The notes below the pieces were generated by a model. It saw only the letters and a program-made list of their open reading frames with translations. It was not told the origin of the DNA and ran no database searches. The position numbers and the translations under genes were made by a program. This document shows positions 25,760 to 34,084 of a DNA stretch of 64,000 bases, one piece after another; within the stretch, counting starts at the first letter, position 1, and every line of letters begins with the position of its first letter. This DNA comes from a bacterium (GTDB lineage: Bacteria; Patescibacteriota; Minisyncoccia; Phycocordibacterales; Phycocordibacteraceae): assembly GCA_021849125.1 (NCBI GenBank), contig JAJZTG010000002.1:12573-76572 (forward strand), written 5' to 3'.

Positions 25760-26310
25760 GGTGCAAGGGTTATCGTGATCGAGAACGCGATATTCGTGTC
25801 TTTCGCGTATGCGGATACCGGCAGGTCGGCAGCGCTTACGAACGGTGCGCCTTGGAGCGTAAGCTGATACCCCCTGAGCGCATCTCGTGTCGCTGCCGTA
25901 CCTGATACGAGAAGTTTCCCTTGGTTTTGTCCTGACGCTGGCGTGTACACGAAGCTCGAGAGCGTTATGCCCGGACGCGGCAGCGCGAGCGTAGATCGCA
26001 TGATAGCGCTCACTGAAGGTTTCTTCGCGAGGGCGATGAGCGTTGTCGCGTTCCCCGAGAGCGTCGTAAGGCGCGCAGAAAGCGCGCGTTCATCAGCAGA
26101 AAAATATGAGGTCTTTACGCTAGCGAGATGTGCCTGCTTCGCTCTCTCGCTCCCTAGAAGGAACACGTAGGTCGGAAATAGGAGTGCGCCTGCTGTCACA
26201 AGGCTGAGGTTCATGAGCATAGCCGCGACGACTCCGAGCCGGAGACGATACTCGCGTTTCAGAAGATCTCGACGTGCAGCCGGAAGCAGGTTGGTGAGCT
26301 CGTTATTCAT
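25756..26310 (-). CDS. PilN-like type IV pilus alignment protein
   Basis: NLLP motif, TM, 'VSGTAATRDAL..Y..TL'; start at MNNELTNLLP overlapping the pilM stop. Confidence 0.7.
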   Translation of the reverse strand: MNNELTNLLPAARRDLLKREYRLRLGVVAAMLMNLSLVTAGALLFPTYVFLLGSERAKQAHLASVKTSYFSADERALSARLTTLSGNATTLIALAKKPSVSAIMRSTLALPRPGITLSSFVYTPASGQNQGKLLVSGTAATRDALRGYQLTLQGAPFVSAADLPVSAYAKDTNIAFSITITLAP

Positions 26311-27400
26311 AGGTAGCCATGCTGTCACGGAGCGCGAGACCGATCGCGGTCGCATACGCAAGCGATTCCGTGTAGTCGAGCGCTGGCACCCAGGTGTCTT
26401 TGGATGCCAAGTTCGCAAACACGTCCGCCGAGACGACCGGTATCTGGAGCGCGCCTTCGAGATACTCGGGGAGACCCCGGATCGAGGCGTTCCCTCCCGC
26501 AAGAAGCGCATGCGTTACGGGCTCATGTTCGCCGCCTGGTGTCGCTCGTTCTTGCCAGTAGTTCAAGTGCCGCAAGATCTCATCGCGGATGGCAGATACG
26601 GTAGAGAGCATCGCGGCAAGATACTCTTCGTTACCCGGCATCGGCACGATACCGCGTTCAGCCTTGACCTTGCGGGCCTCGTTCTCGGTTACGCCGAAAT
26701 ACTTCTGCACCGCGAGCGTGAGCGCGTGCCCGCCGATATCGATCGTCGTCGCGAAGCGCGGTATGCGACGCGTCACGATGGAAAGCTTCGTCGTGGTCTT
26801 CCCCACATCAATGAGAAGCGCTGTGGACTCGTCTCCTGGCGGAAGGAGCGCGCGCGAGGCGGCGAATGTCTCGCTTTCAAGAGCGCGAACGCTGATGTTC
26901 GCTTCGTCAAACACCGAGAGCGTGTCCTCGGTGATGCGTCGAGCGAAGCCGATGCCGGCGACTCGCGGTGCGCCGTCCTTGGTAGTACCTGTGGGGACGA
27001 AATCGAACACCGTCTCTGCTGGCGGGAGCGGTATGAACTCGTCGAGGTGCTGCTCGAGCTCGACCCGCTGCTCGGTTTTCGTCTTACCGACGACCGCCGT
27101 TTCAAACAGATACGATTTTGATTCGGGGAGTGCGACGTTCGCTGCTGATACGCCGACCGCCTCAGAAGCGCGGACAAGCGCCTCGACGACTGCAGCACGA
27201 TCCATGATCTCGCCGTCAGTAAAGGCCCCTGGAGGAAGACGGACCTCGATGTACTCGGCAAGAGTGAGCCCATGCATACCTTCTGCAAGACGCACTGCTT
27301 TCACGCCGCTGGTGGAGAGGTCGATACCGGCAAAAGGCAGCGCAAGATACCGAGGCGGCGCGAGAAGCGTACGCAGTCGTTCGTCAAACAGATGCGACAT
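26303..27400 (-). CDS. pilM: Type IV pilus assembly protein PilM (actin-like)
   Basis: GIDLSTSGVK, LIDVGKTTT, IGGHALT, LAGGNA, YATAIGLALR. Confidence 0.9.
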   Translation of the reverse strand: MSHLFDERLRTLLAPPRYLALPFAGIDLSTSGVKAVRLAEGMHGLTLAEYIEVRLPPGAFTDGEIMDRAAVVEALVRASEAVGVSAANVALPESKSYLFETAVVGKTKTEQRVELEQHLDEFIPLPPAETVFDFVPTGTTKDGAPRVAGIGFARRITEDTLSVFDEANISVRALESETFAASRALLPPGDESTALLIDVGKTTTKLSIVTRRIPRFATTIDIGGHALTLAVQKYFGVTENEARKVKAERGIVPMPGNEEYLAAMLSTVSAIRDEILRHLNYWQERATPGGEHEPVTHALLAGGNASIRGLPEYLEGALQIPVVSADVFANLASKDTWVPALDYTESLAYATAIGLALRDSMATYE

Positions 27401-27438
27401 ACCTATTCAGTATACCGCGTAGATCGTGTTTCTTTCGC

Positions 27439-27777
27439 TTAATGCGCACTTGTTCCAGACGGCACTTCCCTATCTGGGGTTAGGAATGCGAATGTCTCGT
27501 CTGAGCCGACCGCAAAAAGCATGCCGTTACTCTCTATACCCTTGATGACACGCGGTTCGAGATTCGTGACATAGGCGAGCTGCCGCCCGACGAGCGCTTC
27601 CGGTTCGGTATATGCAGCGATACCCGAAACGATCGTACGAGGACCGCCTTCTTCACCGAAATCAACCGTACATTTGATAAGCTTGTCGGTTTCCGGTACG
27701 CGCTCGGCAGCACGGACGGTACCGATGCTCACTTCGATCTTGCTGAATTCATCAATCGATATTTTCGGCTTATTCAT
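27439..27777 (-). CDS. Stand-alone tRNA-binding OB-fold protein (Trbp111/CsaA/MetRS C-terminal-like)
   Basis: ISIDEFSKIEV, DKL, RTIVSGI, NLEPR...GIESNGM. Confidence 0.9.
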   Translation of the reverse strand: MNKPKISIDEFSKIEVSIGTVRAAERVPETDKLIKCTVDFGEEGGPRTIVSGIAAYTEPEALVGRQLAYVTNLEPRVIKGIESNGMLFAVGSDETFAFLTPDREVPSGTSAH

Positions 27778-28183
27778 GACGGGTGCGGGTAAGATAGCTG
27801 GTAAGGATGATCGCGGCTGCGGAAGCGTCGACCGGCTTGCGTGAACGAGGGCTGCGCGACTTGCCTTCTTTGGCAGGGCTTCGCCTCGCTTCCGCGCTCG
27901 TGAAGACTTCAGATTCGAAGTATACCGGAACACCCGTGCGTTCGGTAAGGAGCATTCCGAATGCGCGCGCATCTTCGGCAATCGGGTTTTCTTTGCCGGA
28001 AAGATCGCGTGACTCGCCTACGACGACCGCATGCACATTCTCTTTTGCGATAAGTGCTGCCACGTCGTCGATAAGTCGTGGCGTATTTGAAACGATCGCG
28101 TGCGGGAACCCCATCATGCCCGCTTCATCTGAAAGAGCGAGGCCGATCTTAGAGCTGCCGTAATCAATGCCTAGATAACGCAT
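27770..28183 (-). CDS. ruvX: YqgF/RuvX family RNase H-fold nuclease
   Basis: YLGIDYGSSKIGLALSD, E.FTS.EA, VDASAAAIIL. Confidence 0.92.
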   Translation of the reverse strand: MRYLGIDYGSSKIGLALSDEAGMMGFPHAIVSNTPRLIDDVAALIAKENVHAVVVGESRDLSGKENPIAEDARAFGMLLTERTGVPVYFESEVFTSAEARRSPAKEGKSRSPRSRKPVDASAAAIILTSYLTRTRHE

Positions 28184-28212
28184 GTGTATAGTCTATGGTA
28201 CAGTATCCCGGT

Positions 28213-28485
28213 ATGCATTACCTGTCTTCTTTCGCTCCGGTCACGTATCCGTCTGCAGGATTCGGCCTGTTCTTCCTTTTCCTCGCGGTTGCAACCGTCT
28301 GGACCCTTATCCTCAAAGGATTCGCTCTCTGGCACGCGGCACGCGGTAGCCAGAAATGGTGGTTTGTCGCCATCCTCCTCATCAATACGCTCGGTATCCT
28401 TGAGATCGTCTATCTTGTCTGGTTCCGTCCGGAAGCTTCATCAAAAAAGGAGGTTCCGGCGGAACATGTGTCCGAAGAAGCGTAG
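28213..28485 (+). CDS. Small membrane protein (DUF5652-like)
   Basis: WTLILKGFALWHAAR..QKWWF..ILLINTLGILEIVYL. Confidence 0.7.
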   Translation: MHYLSSFAPVTYPSAGFGLFFLFLAVATVWTLILKGFALWHAARGSQKWWFVAILLINTLGILEIVYLVWFRPEASSKKEVPAEHVSEEA

Positions 28486-28495
28486 GGATTCTTTT

Positions 28496-28580
28496 GGAGG
28501 AGTCGCATAGTGGTCTAGTGCAGCGGTCTTGAAAACCGCCGTGTCGCAAGGCACCGTGGGTTCGAATCCCACCTCCTCCG
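28496..28580 (+). tRNA. tRNA-Ser (TGA)
   Basis: GGAGGAG/CTCCTCC acceptor, GCGGT-CTTGAAA-ACCGC, long variable arm. Confidence 0.95.
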
Positions 28581-28623
28581 CATATCGAAACGTTCGTGCA
28601 TCTACGAGTGATATACTAAAAAC

Positions 28624-29097
28624 ATGCAGCGTACGCCGCTTCTTGAATGGGAGGGACGTGAATACGAACATCAGCCGAAAAGCGCTGATTGGTACTGGGC
28701 GCTTGGCATCGTCGGTGTCGCAAGCGCTGTCGCCGCGATACTGTTCGGTAATTTCCTTTTCGCCATCCTCATCCTCATCGCCGTAATCACGATCGCACTC
28801 CACGCCGCGAAAGAACCTCCGCTTCACCGCTTCCAGCTCTTGGAGACCGGCCTCATCATCGGTGAAGATTTCCACCCGTTCGAAGAGATGAACTCATTTG
28901 CGGTACTCGAGGATATCGATGGAAAACTTCCTCCGGTACTTTCGATAAAAACGGAAAAGTGGTATGCCCCGCACCTGGTTATCCCGCTTGATGGCGTTGA
29001 TGCTGAACTCATATACTCCTACTTCTTGCACCATGTAGATGAGGACGATCACAAGCCGACCTTCACCGACCTAGTGGCGGCTTGGCTCGGACTCTGA
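28624..29097 (+). CDS. Hypothetical membrane protein (2 TM plus soluble domain)
   Basis: LEW..REYEH.PKSADWYW N-terminus; TATACT 6 nt before ATG. Confidence 0.75.
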   Translation: MQRTPLLEWEGREYEHQPKSADWYWALGIVGVASAVAAILFGNFLFAILILIAVITIALHAAKEPPLHRFQLLETGLIIGEDFHPFEEMNSFAVLEDIDGKLPPVLSIKTEKWYAPHLVIPLDGVDAELIYSYFLHHVDEDDHKPTFTDLVAAWLGL

Positions 29098-29139
29098 TAT
29101 ATAGTTAAGTACTGCTCTCGATCATGAGAGCTTGAAATT

Positions 29140-29214
29140 GCCCTCGTCGTTCAACGGATAGGACACCAGCTTGCGGAGCTGGCAATCAAGGTTCGATTCC
29201 TTGCGAGGGCACCA
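29140..29214 (+). tRNA. tRNA-Arg (GCG)
   Basis: GCCCTCG/CGAGGGC acceptor, CCAGC-TTGCGGA-GCTGG, encoded CCA. Confidence 0.93.
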
Positions 29215-29251
29215 AATGAAAAACCGCCGTACGGCGGTTTTTCATTTGGTG
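29210..29251. terminator. Perfect palindrome/terminator overlapping the tRNA-Arg 3' end
   Basis: CACCAAATGAAAAACCGCCGT|ACGGCGGTTTTTCATTTGGTG. Confidence 0.75.
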
Positions 29252-29316
29252 GCTCGAGAGTACGTTTAGAAGGAGTATCTGCAGGCTTTAGAAAGAATGT
29301 AGTATCGTACGCATAC

Positions 29317-29388
29317 GCCCTCGTGGTTGAATGGATACAATACCTCCCTCCGAAGGAGGTGGTACAGGTTCGATTCCTGTCGAGGGCA
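29317..29388 (+). tRNA. tRNA-Arg (CCG)
   Basis: GCCCTCG/CGAGGGC acceptor, CCTCC-CTCCGAA-GGAGG. Confidence 0.92.
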
Positions 29389-29392
29389 CTTC

Positions 29393-29428
29393 AAAAGAAA
29401 CACGCCGCTTCCGCGGCGTGTTTCTTTT
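29393..29428. terminator. Bidirectional terminator between tRNA-Arg and rpsT
   Basis: AAAAGAAACACGCCGC-TTCC-GCGGCGTGTTTCTTTT. Confidence 0.85.
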
Positions 29429-29430
29429 CG

Positions 29431-29697
29431 TTATGCCTTTGCCTTCTTGATAAGGCTCGCGAGGTGCGATTTCTTGCGATCTGCGGTATTGCCCTTCAGG
29501 ACACCGCGCTTCTTCGCCTTGTCGATCGCCTTGTAGGCTGCCGGGAGGAGCTTCTCTGCCCCTGCCACATCCTTCGCAGCAAGCGTTTTGGTGAGCGACT
29601 TGGTCGCGTCCTTGAGGGCGTTCTTGCGGCGCAGATTGAAGACGCGCTTCTTCTCCGAAGAGCGGATTGCTTTCTTTGCTGAGCTGGTTATTGCCAT
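29431..29697 (-). CDS. rpsT: 30S ribosomal protein S20
   Basis: SSAKKAIR, AIDKAKKRGVLKGNTADRKKS. Confidence 0.96.
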   Translation of the reverse strand: MAITSSAKKAIRSSEKKRVFNLRRKNALKDATKSLTKTLAAKDVAGAEKLLPAAYKAIDKAKKRGVLKGNTADRKKSHLASLIKKAKA

Positions 29698-29756
29698 AGG
29701 TACTGCCTACACTACTGTATGCGCCCGATGTACGCAAGAGTGGTAGGATACTAGTC

Positions 29757-30302
29757 ATGATCAGGCAGATCCGCGGAAACGTACTTTCGACAGGCCCTCT
29801 AAGCGCCATTATCGAGGTTGCAGGCTTCGGTATGGAAGTACGTATGAGCTCCCTTGAAACGCTTACGATCGGCAAAGAAGCCGCTCTTTTCACCTATCTT
29901 GCCGTGAAGCAGGACGGGATGGAGCTCTACGGCTTCCCGACAGCCGAGGATCGCGACTTCTTCGAGCTCATCCTCTCCGTCTCTGGCGTCGGTCCGAAGA
30001 CTGCGCAGAATGTGCTTCGCCGTGCCCCGCGCGAAGCGCTCGAAGGCGCTATCGGCCGAAAAGATCTCCCCTACCTCACCAAGGTCGTAGGGCTCGGAAA
30101 GAAGAGCGCTGAAAAGATGCTCGTTGAGCTTGCCGATAAAGTGGGGTCGTACGCGCATGACGCAGCCGACACGGAAGTGTTCGACACGCTTGTCGCGCTC
30201 GGTTATACAGAACGCGAAGCGCGCAAGGCTATCCAAGGACTACCTGAAGGTATTGCCGGTAAAGAAGCTCGTCTCAAGGCTGCGCTCTCAGCAAATCGCT
30301 AG
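29757..30302 (+). CDS. ruvA: Holliday junction branch migration protein RuvA
   Basis: MIRQIRG, LYGF, VSGVGPKTA, GLGKKSAEK, LVALGY. Confidence 0.96.
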   Translation: MIRQIRGNVLSTGPLSAIIEVAGFGMEVRMSSLETLTIGKEAALFTYLAVKQDGMELYGFPTAEDRDFFELILSVSGVGPKTAQNVLRRAPREALEGAIGRKDLPYLTKVVGLGKKSAEKMLVELADKVGSYAHDAADTEVFDTLVALGYTEREARKAIQGLPEGIAGKEARLKAALSANR

Positions 30303-30304
30303 CC

Positions 30305-31582
30305 ATGTACGAACTCATCAACAAGGTCGTCCGCGTATTGAAAAAGGTCGTTCCTGAGCCGGTAGTAAGCTTCTTCCGTCCGCTCTACCATCGCGCCCTC
30401 GCGCTAGTCATGGCACTCTCGTACGGCTTCCCGGCAAAGAAGCTTGTCGTCATCGGCGTGACCGGCACCAAGGGAAAATCGACTGTCACCGAGATGCTCT
30501 TTTCGATCTTGCGCGCCGCTGGCTACAAGACCGCGCTCATCTCGACCATCCGTTTCGCTATCGAAGACGAATCTGAACCGAACCGCTATAAGATGACCCT
30601 CCAGGGTCGCGGTTTTGCGCAGGCTTTCATGAAGAAAGCGCTTGAGAAGGGCTGCACCCATCTCGTCATCGAGGTTACTTCCGAAAGCGTGCTGCAGTAC
30701 CGGCATTGGTTCCTTGACCTCAACGGACTCGTGGTTACGAATATTCAGCGCGAGCACATCGAGAGTCACGGCTCGTTCGAAAACTATGTCGCCGCGAAGC
30801 GGCGCATCGTCGATACGCTCGCGAAATCTACCAAACCTTTCCGCGTGCTGGTCGCAAACGAAGACGTGCCTGAGAGCCGCGCCTTTCTCTCGGCTCGCGT
30901 CCCTAAAGCGATCGGTTTCAGCGCTCACGAGCTTTCGCACGTCACAAGCGATGAGCGAAGCGTCTCGTTCGACTACGCAGATACGCGCTTCACCCTGCCG
31001 CTTGCAGGGACCTTTAATGCAATGAACGCGCTTGGCGCGATAAAGCTCGCCCACGCATTCGGCGTACCGCTTACAACCGCCGCCGAAGCACTCGCGCGCC
31101 TTTCTCCCGTACGTGGCCGCGTCGAACACATCGATGCAGGTCAGGACTTCCTCGCGATCGTCGATTACGCGCACACGCCGGACTCGCTCCAGGCACTTTA
31201 TGATGCGTTCAAGGATCGCCGGAAGATCTGCGTCCTTGGCAATACCGGTGGCGGGCGTGATACCTGGAAACGTCCGGAGATGGGGCGTATCGCTGACGAA
31301 GCATGTGAGACGGTCATCCTCACGAACGAAGATCCGTACGACGAAGACCCGCGTATGATCATCGACGCGATGGCGAAAGGTATGCATCGTACGCCAGAGA
31401 TCATGATGGACCGACGCGAAGCGATACGAGCCGCGCTACGCGCAGCTCGTCCAGGCGATGCTGTCCTCATTTCAGGCAAAGGAACCGACCCCTACATCAT
31501 GGGGCCAAAAGGTTCGAAGACTCCTTGGAGCGATGCTGAGGTCGCCCGGGAAGAACTCGGACTCCTTCTAGCAGAAAAGTGA
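30305..31582 (+). CDS. murE: Mur ligase, MurE-like
   Basis: GVTGTKGKST, EVTS, IVDYAHTPD, GGGRD, EDPYDEDP, GKG. Confidence 0.85.
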   Translation: MYELINKVVRVLKKVVPEPVVSFFRPLYHRALALVMALSYGFPAKKLVVIGVTGTKGKSTVTEMLFSILRAAGYKTALISTIRFAIEDESEPNRYKMTLQGRGFAQAFMKKALEKGCTHLVIEVTSESVLQYRHWFLDLNGLVVTNIQREHIESHGSFENYVAAKRRIVDTLAKSTKPFRVLVANEDVPESRAFLSARVPKAIGFSAHELSHVTSDERSVSFDYADTRFTLPLAGTFNAMNALGAIKLAHAFGVPLTTAAEALARLSPVRGRVEHIDAGQDFLAIVDYAHTPDSLQALYDAFKDRRKICVLGNTGGGRDTWKRPEMGRIADEACETVILTNEDPYDEDPRMIIDAMAKGMHRTPEIMMDRREAIRAALRAARPGDAVLISGKGTDPYIMGPKGSKTPWSDAEVAREELGLLLAEK

Positions 31583-31595
31583 TACTATTGCAGAC

Positions 31596-32549
31596 ATGCA
31601 GCATGATGCATGGTTTTTCATAGGCGTCTTCGCCTTCATCTTCCTCATCTGGATCATTACCGGTGGTCCGGTTCACCCGCTCGCCTTCACCGGACCGAAG
31701 CTTGCCGCCCCTCAGGAACTTGGAGGCGGAACCTACCTCTCCCTTCCGCGCGCACCTTTCGGTGTCGGCGGTGCGAACGTCTCGCTTCCGGGCTCTTCAA
31801 GCGGCGGAGGTGCCGTAAGCGGTTCGCAAGCAAGCGTCCCCTCCCTTTATGGCGGAACCGCATTCGGCGAGGTATCGCCGTATCGCGGTGTCATCTCGAT
31901 GAACCATTATATTTCGAATGCCGGCACCTCGAACGTACAGAATGAATACATCGAACTGAGCGTCTCCTCAGGCGCATCCGTGCCTGTCGACCTCACCGGG
32001 TGGATGCTCGTGAGCGGTTTGAGCGGCAGCTCTGCCGCTATACCTCGCGGTACTGAGGTGCCCATTTCTGGAACCGTAAATGCGATCCAAGACATCGTGC
32101 TCAAGCCGGGAGATCGTGCATGGGTGATTTCCGGACGCTCCCCTATCGGAGCCTCATTCCGCGAAAATAAGTGCATCGGGTATTTCAGCAATTTTCAATC
32201 GTTCACCCCCTCGCTTCCGCAAAATTGCCCGGTCCCGATCGATGAACTTTCATCCTCTGTCGGTCCTACGTATATCCGCGACTCGGCTTGTGTCGATTAC
32301 GTCCAACCGCTCTCACGCTGCAAGGCGGTGCTTACTCCTCCGACGAACATCTCGGGCGCTTGCCAGAGCTTCGTGGTGAAATACCTCAATTACAACGGCT
32401 GCCTCGACGCTCATAAGGGCGATGCTGACTTTGCCGGTACGGCTTGGCATATCTATCTCGGAAGGACGACTCCTTTGTGGCAACAGCGACATGAGATCGT
32501 GAAGCTTCTTGATCCGAGTGGGAAGACCGTCGACGCCTTCAGCTACTAG
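31596..32549 (+). CDS. Membrane-anchored hypothetical protein with lamin-tail-like beta domain and Cys-rich insert
   Basis: N-terminal TM; NEYIEL..., VDLTGW.L, L.PG, 'KLLDPSGKTVD.FSY'. Confidence 0.65.
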   Translation: MQHDAWFFIGVFAFIFLIWIITGGPVHPLAFTGPKLAAPQELGGGTYLSLPRAPFGVGGANVSLPGSSSGGGAVSGSQASVPSLYGGTAFGEVSPYRGVISMNHYISNAGTSNVQNEYIELSVSSGASVPVDLTGWMLVSGLSGSSAAIPRGTEVPISGTVNAIQDIVLKPGDRAWVISGRSPIGASFRENKCIGYFSNFQSFTPSLPQNCPVPIDELSSSVGPTYIRDSACVDYVQPLSRCKAVLTPPTNISGACQSFVVKYLNYNGCLDAHKGDADFAGTAWHIYLGRTTPLWQQRHEIVKLLDPSGKTVDAFSY

Positions 32550-32584
32550 AAAAAAGACCGCGAACGCGGTAGTTTGTAAAGGAC

Positions 32585-32657
32585 GCGCCTATAGCTCAGT
32601 CGGTAGAGCAGCTCCCTTTTAAGGAGACGGTCGCAGGTTCGAGCCCTGCTAGGCGCA
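32585..32657 (+). tRNA. tRNA-Lys (TTT)
   Basis: GCGCCTA/TAGGCGC acceptor, loop CTTTTAA. Confidence 0.94.
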
Positions 32658-32662
32658 CCGAT

Positions 32663-33046
32663 ATGACTCGTGACGAGTTCAGCACGCTCACCGAAGAATG
32701 CTACGACCGGCTACCTGAATGGGTACGCACGAAGATCCAGAATGTCGCGATCCTCATAGAGGACGAGCCTTCCGAGGATATCCGCCGGGAGGAAAACCTC
32801 GGCCCGGATGAGACCCTGCTCGGTCTCTATCAGGGTACGCCGCTTACCGCACGAGGCTACGACGACAGCATGATACTTCCCGACACCATCACGCTCTACC
32901 GATTCCCTATCGAGGCCGCTGCCCAGGAAGATGGGAAAGACGCACGCGATGTCATCGCTGAGACCATCTGGCACGAATTCGCGCACCATTTCGGCATGGA
33001 CGAGGACATGGTCCGCGCACGCGAAGCTGAGCGTGATGCGCACTAA
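32663..33046 (+). CDS. Zincin-like metallopeptidase family protein
   Basis: LLGLYQG, PDTITLYR, HEFAHHFG. Confidence 0.88.
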   Translation: MTRDEFSTLTEECYDRLPEWVRTKIQNVAILIEDEPSEDIRREENLGPDETLLGLYQGTPLTARGYDDSMILPDTITLYRFPIEAAAQEDGKDARDVIAETIWHEFAHHFGMDEDMVRAREAERDAH

Positions 33047-33387
33047 TCTCCCGATTGCAGTTCCTTATTGTGTTTTGCCTTTATCTTCTCGATCTTCTTT
33101 CCAAGCGCTTCCATCACGTCAATATCCATCGTTTCTGCAAGCAGAAACGTCGTGATAACGACATCAGCAAACTCGTCAGCAAGGTCTTCTTCGGTGTGCC
33201 CGTTTGTTTTCCCGGATCGTTGATCGCCGAGCGTCATCAATACTTCATCCGCCAATTCTCCGAATTCCTCTGCGATTTTTGCCAAGCGCGTTAGTATGAC
33301 CTCCCTCTCCGTGAAGTCCTTATGTTTTGCCGTACGCAGAAAGACTTCTTGTTCTTTGATGAAATGCTCAAAATCTTTGAATTGCAT
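33043..33387 (-). CDS. MazG-like NTP pyrophosphohydrolase
   Basis: EEFGELADEV, DEFADV; start at MQFKDF with TATAAT 6 nt upstream. Confidence 0.85.
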   Translation of the reverse strand: MQFKDFEHFIKEQEVFLRTAKHKDFTEREVILTRLAKIAEEFGELADEVLMTLGDQRSGKTNGHTEEDLADEFADVVITTFLLAETMDIDVMEALGKKIEKIKAKHNKELQSGD

Positions 33388-33394
33388 GCCGTGA

Positions 33395-34084
33395 TTATAC
33401 AGCGAGTGCGAAGCGCTCGAGAGCGAGCGAGAGATCGAGGCCGCCACGGCGGGATTCTTGGAGAAGCGCGATGAGGTCGAGGGATAGCTTGCGGGCTTCC
33501 TCCGGAGACCAGGCGCGCGCGCCCTTTTCCATGATGTCACGTGCTTTCCAGTGGAGGAGGCCATGGATCATCTCCGGCGCGTCGCCCGCGGCAAGCGCGC
33601 GTTCGATCTCAAGCCAGAGTTTCTCGCCTGAGCGAGCAGCAAGCGCGTTCACGAGCGCACTGTTGAAGCCGCGCGTCGCAGGCGCGCGAGAAAGGTTCTT
33701 GTCGTAGCTGTACTCGATCTTTGCCTTTGCGGCGAGCTTCTTCGCTTTTGCAGAGGCAAGCTTCGGTGCGAGGATTACGATCGCATTGTCTGAAGCGGCA
33801 AGCGCATCGAGATGTGCATCGAGCACGTTCGTCCCTTGCTCTTCTCCTTCCTCTTCATCCTCTGCCGCCTTCATCGCTTGGTATGGATCATCGATGAGCA
33901 CAAGCATGCGCTTCACGAAAAGCCCCCCTGAGAACGCGATCTCGTCGAGCGTCGCATCCGAGAGCTCTTCGCGCGAAAGGCGCACATACGCGAGGTTCTG
34001 TTCTTTCGCGCGTGCTTTCGCGATCCACTCAAACGCTTTCGCGCGAACTTTCTCTGTGTCGGTACCGTGAAAAAGGTAAATCAT
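33395..34084 (-). CDS. holA: DNA polymerase III delta subunit-like (short HolA)
   Basis: MIYLFHGTD, GGLF...LV, 'LDLSLALERFAL' C-terminus; overlaps the polA stop. Confidence 0.6.
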   Translation of the reverse strand: MIYLFHGTDTEKVRAKAFEWIAKARAKEQNLAYVRLSREELSDATLDEIAFSGGLFVKRMLVLIDDPYQAMKAAEDEEEGEEQGTNVLDAHLDALAASDNAIVILAPKLASAKAKKLAAKAKIEYSYDKNLSRAPATRGFNSALVNALAARSGEKLWLEIERALAAGDAPEMIHGLLHWKARDIMEKGARAWSPEEARKLSLDLIALLQESRRGGLDLSLALERFALAV

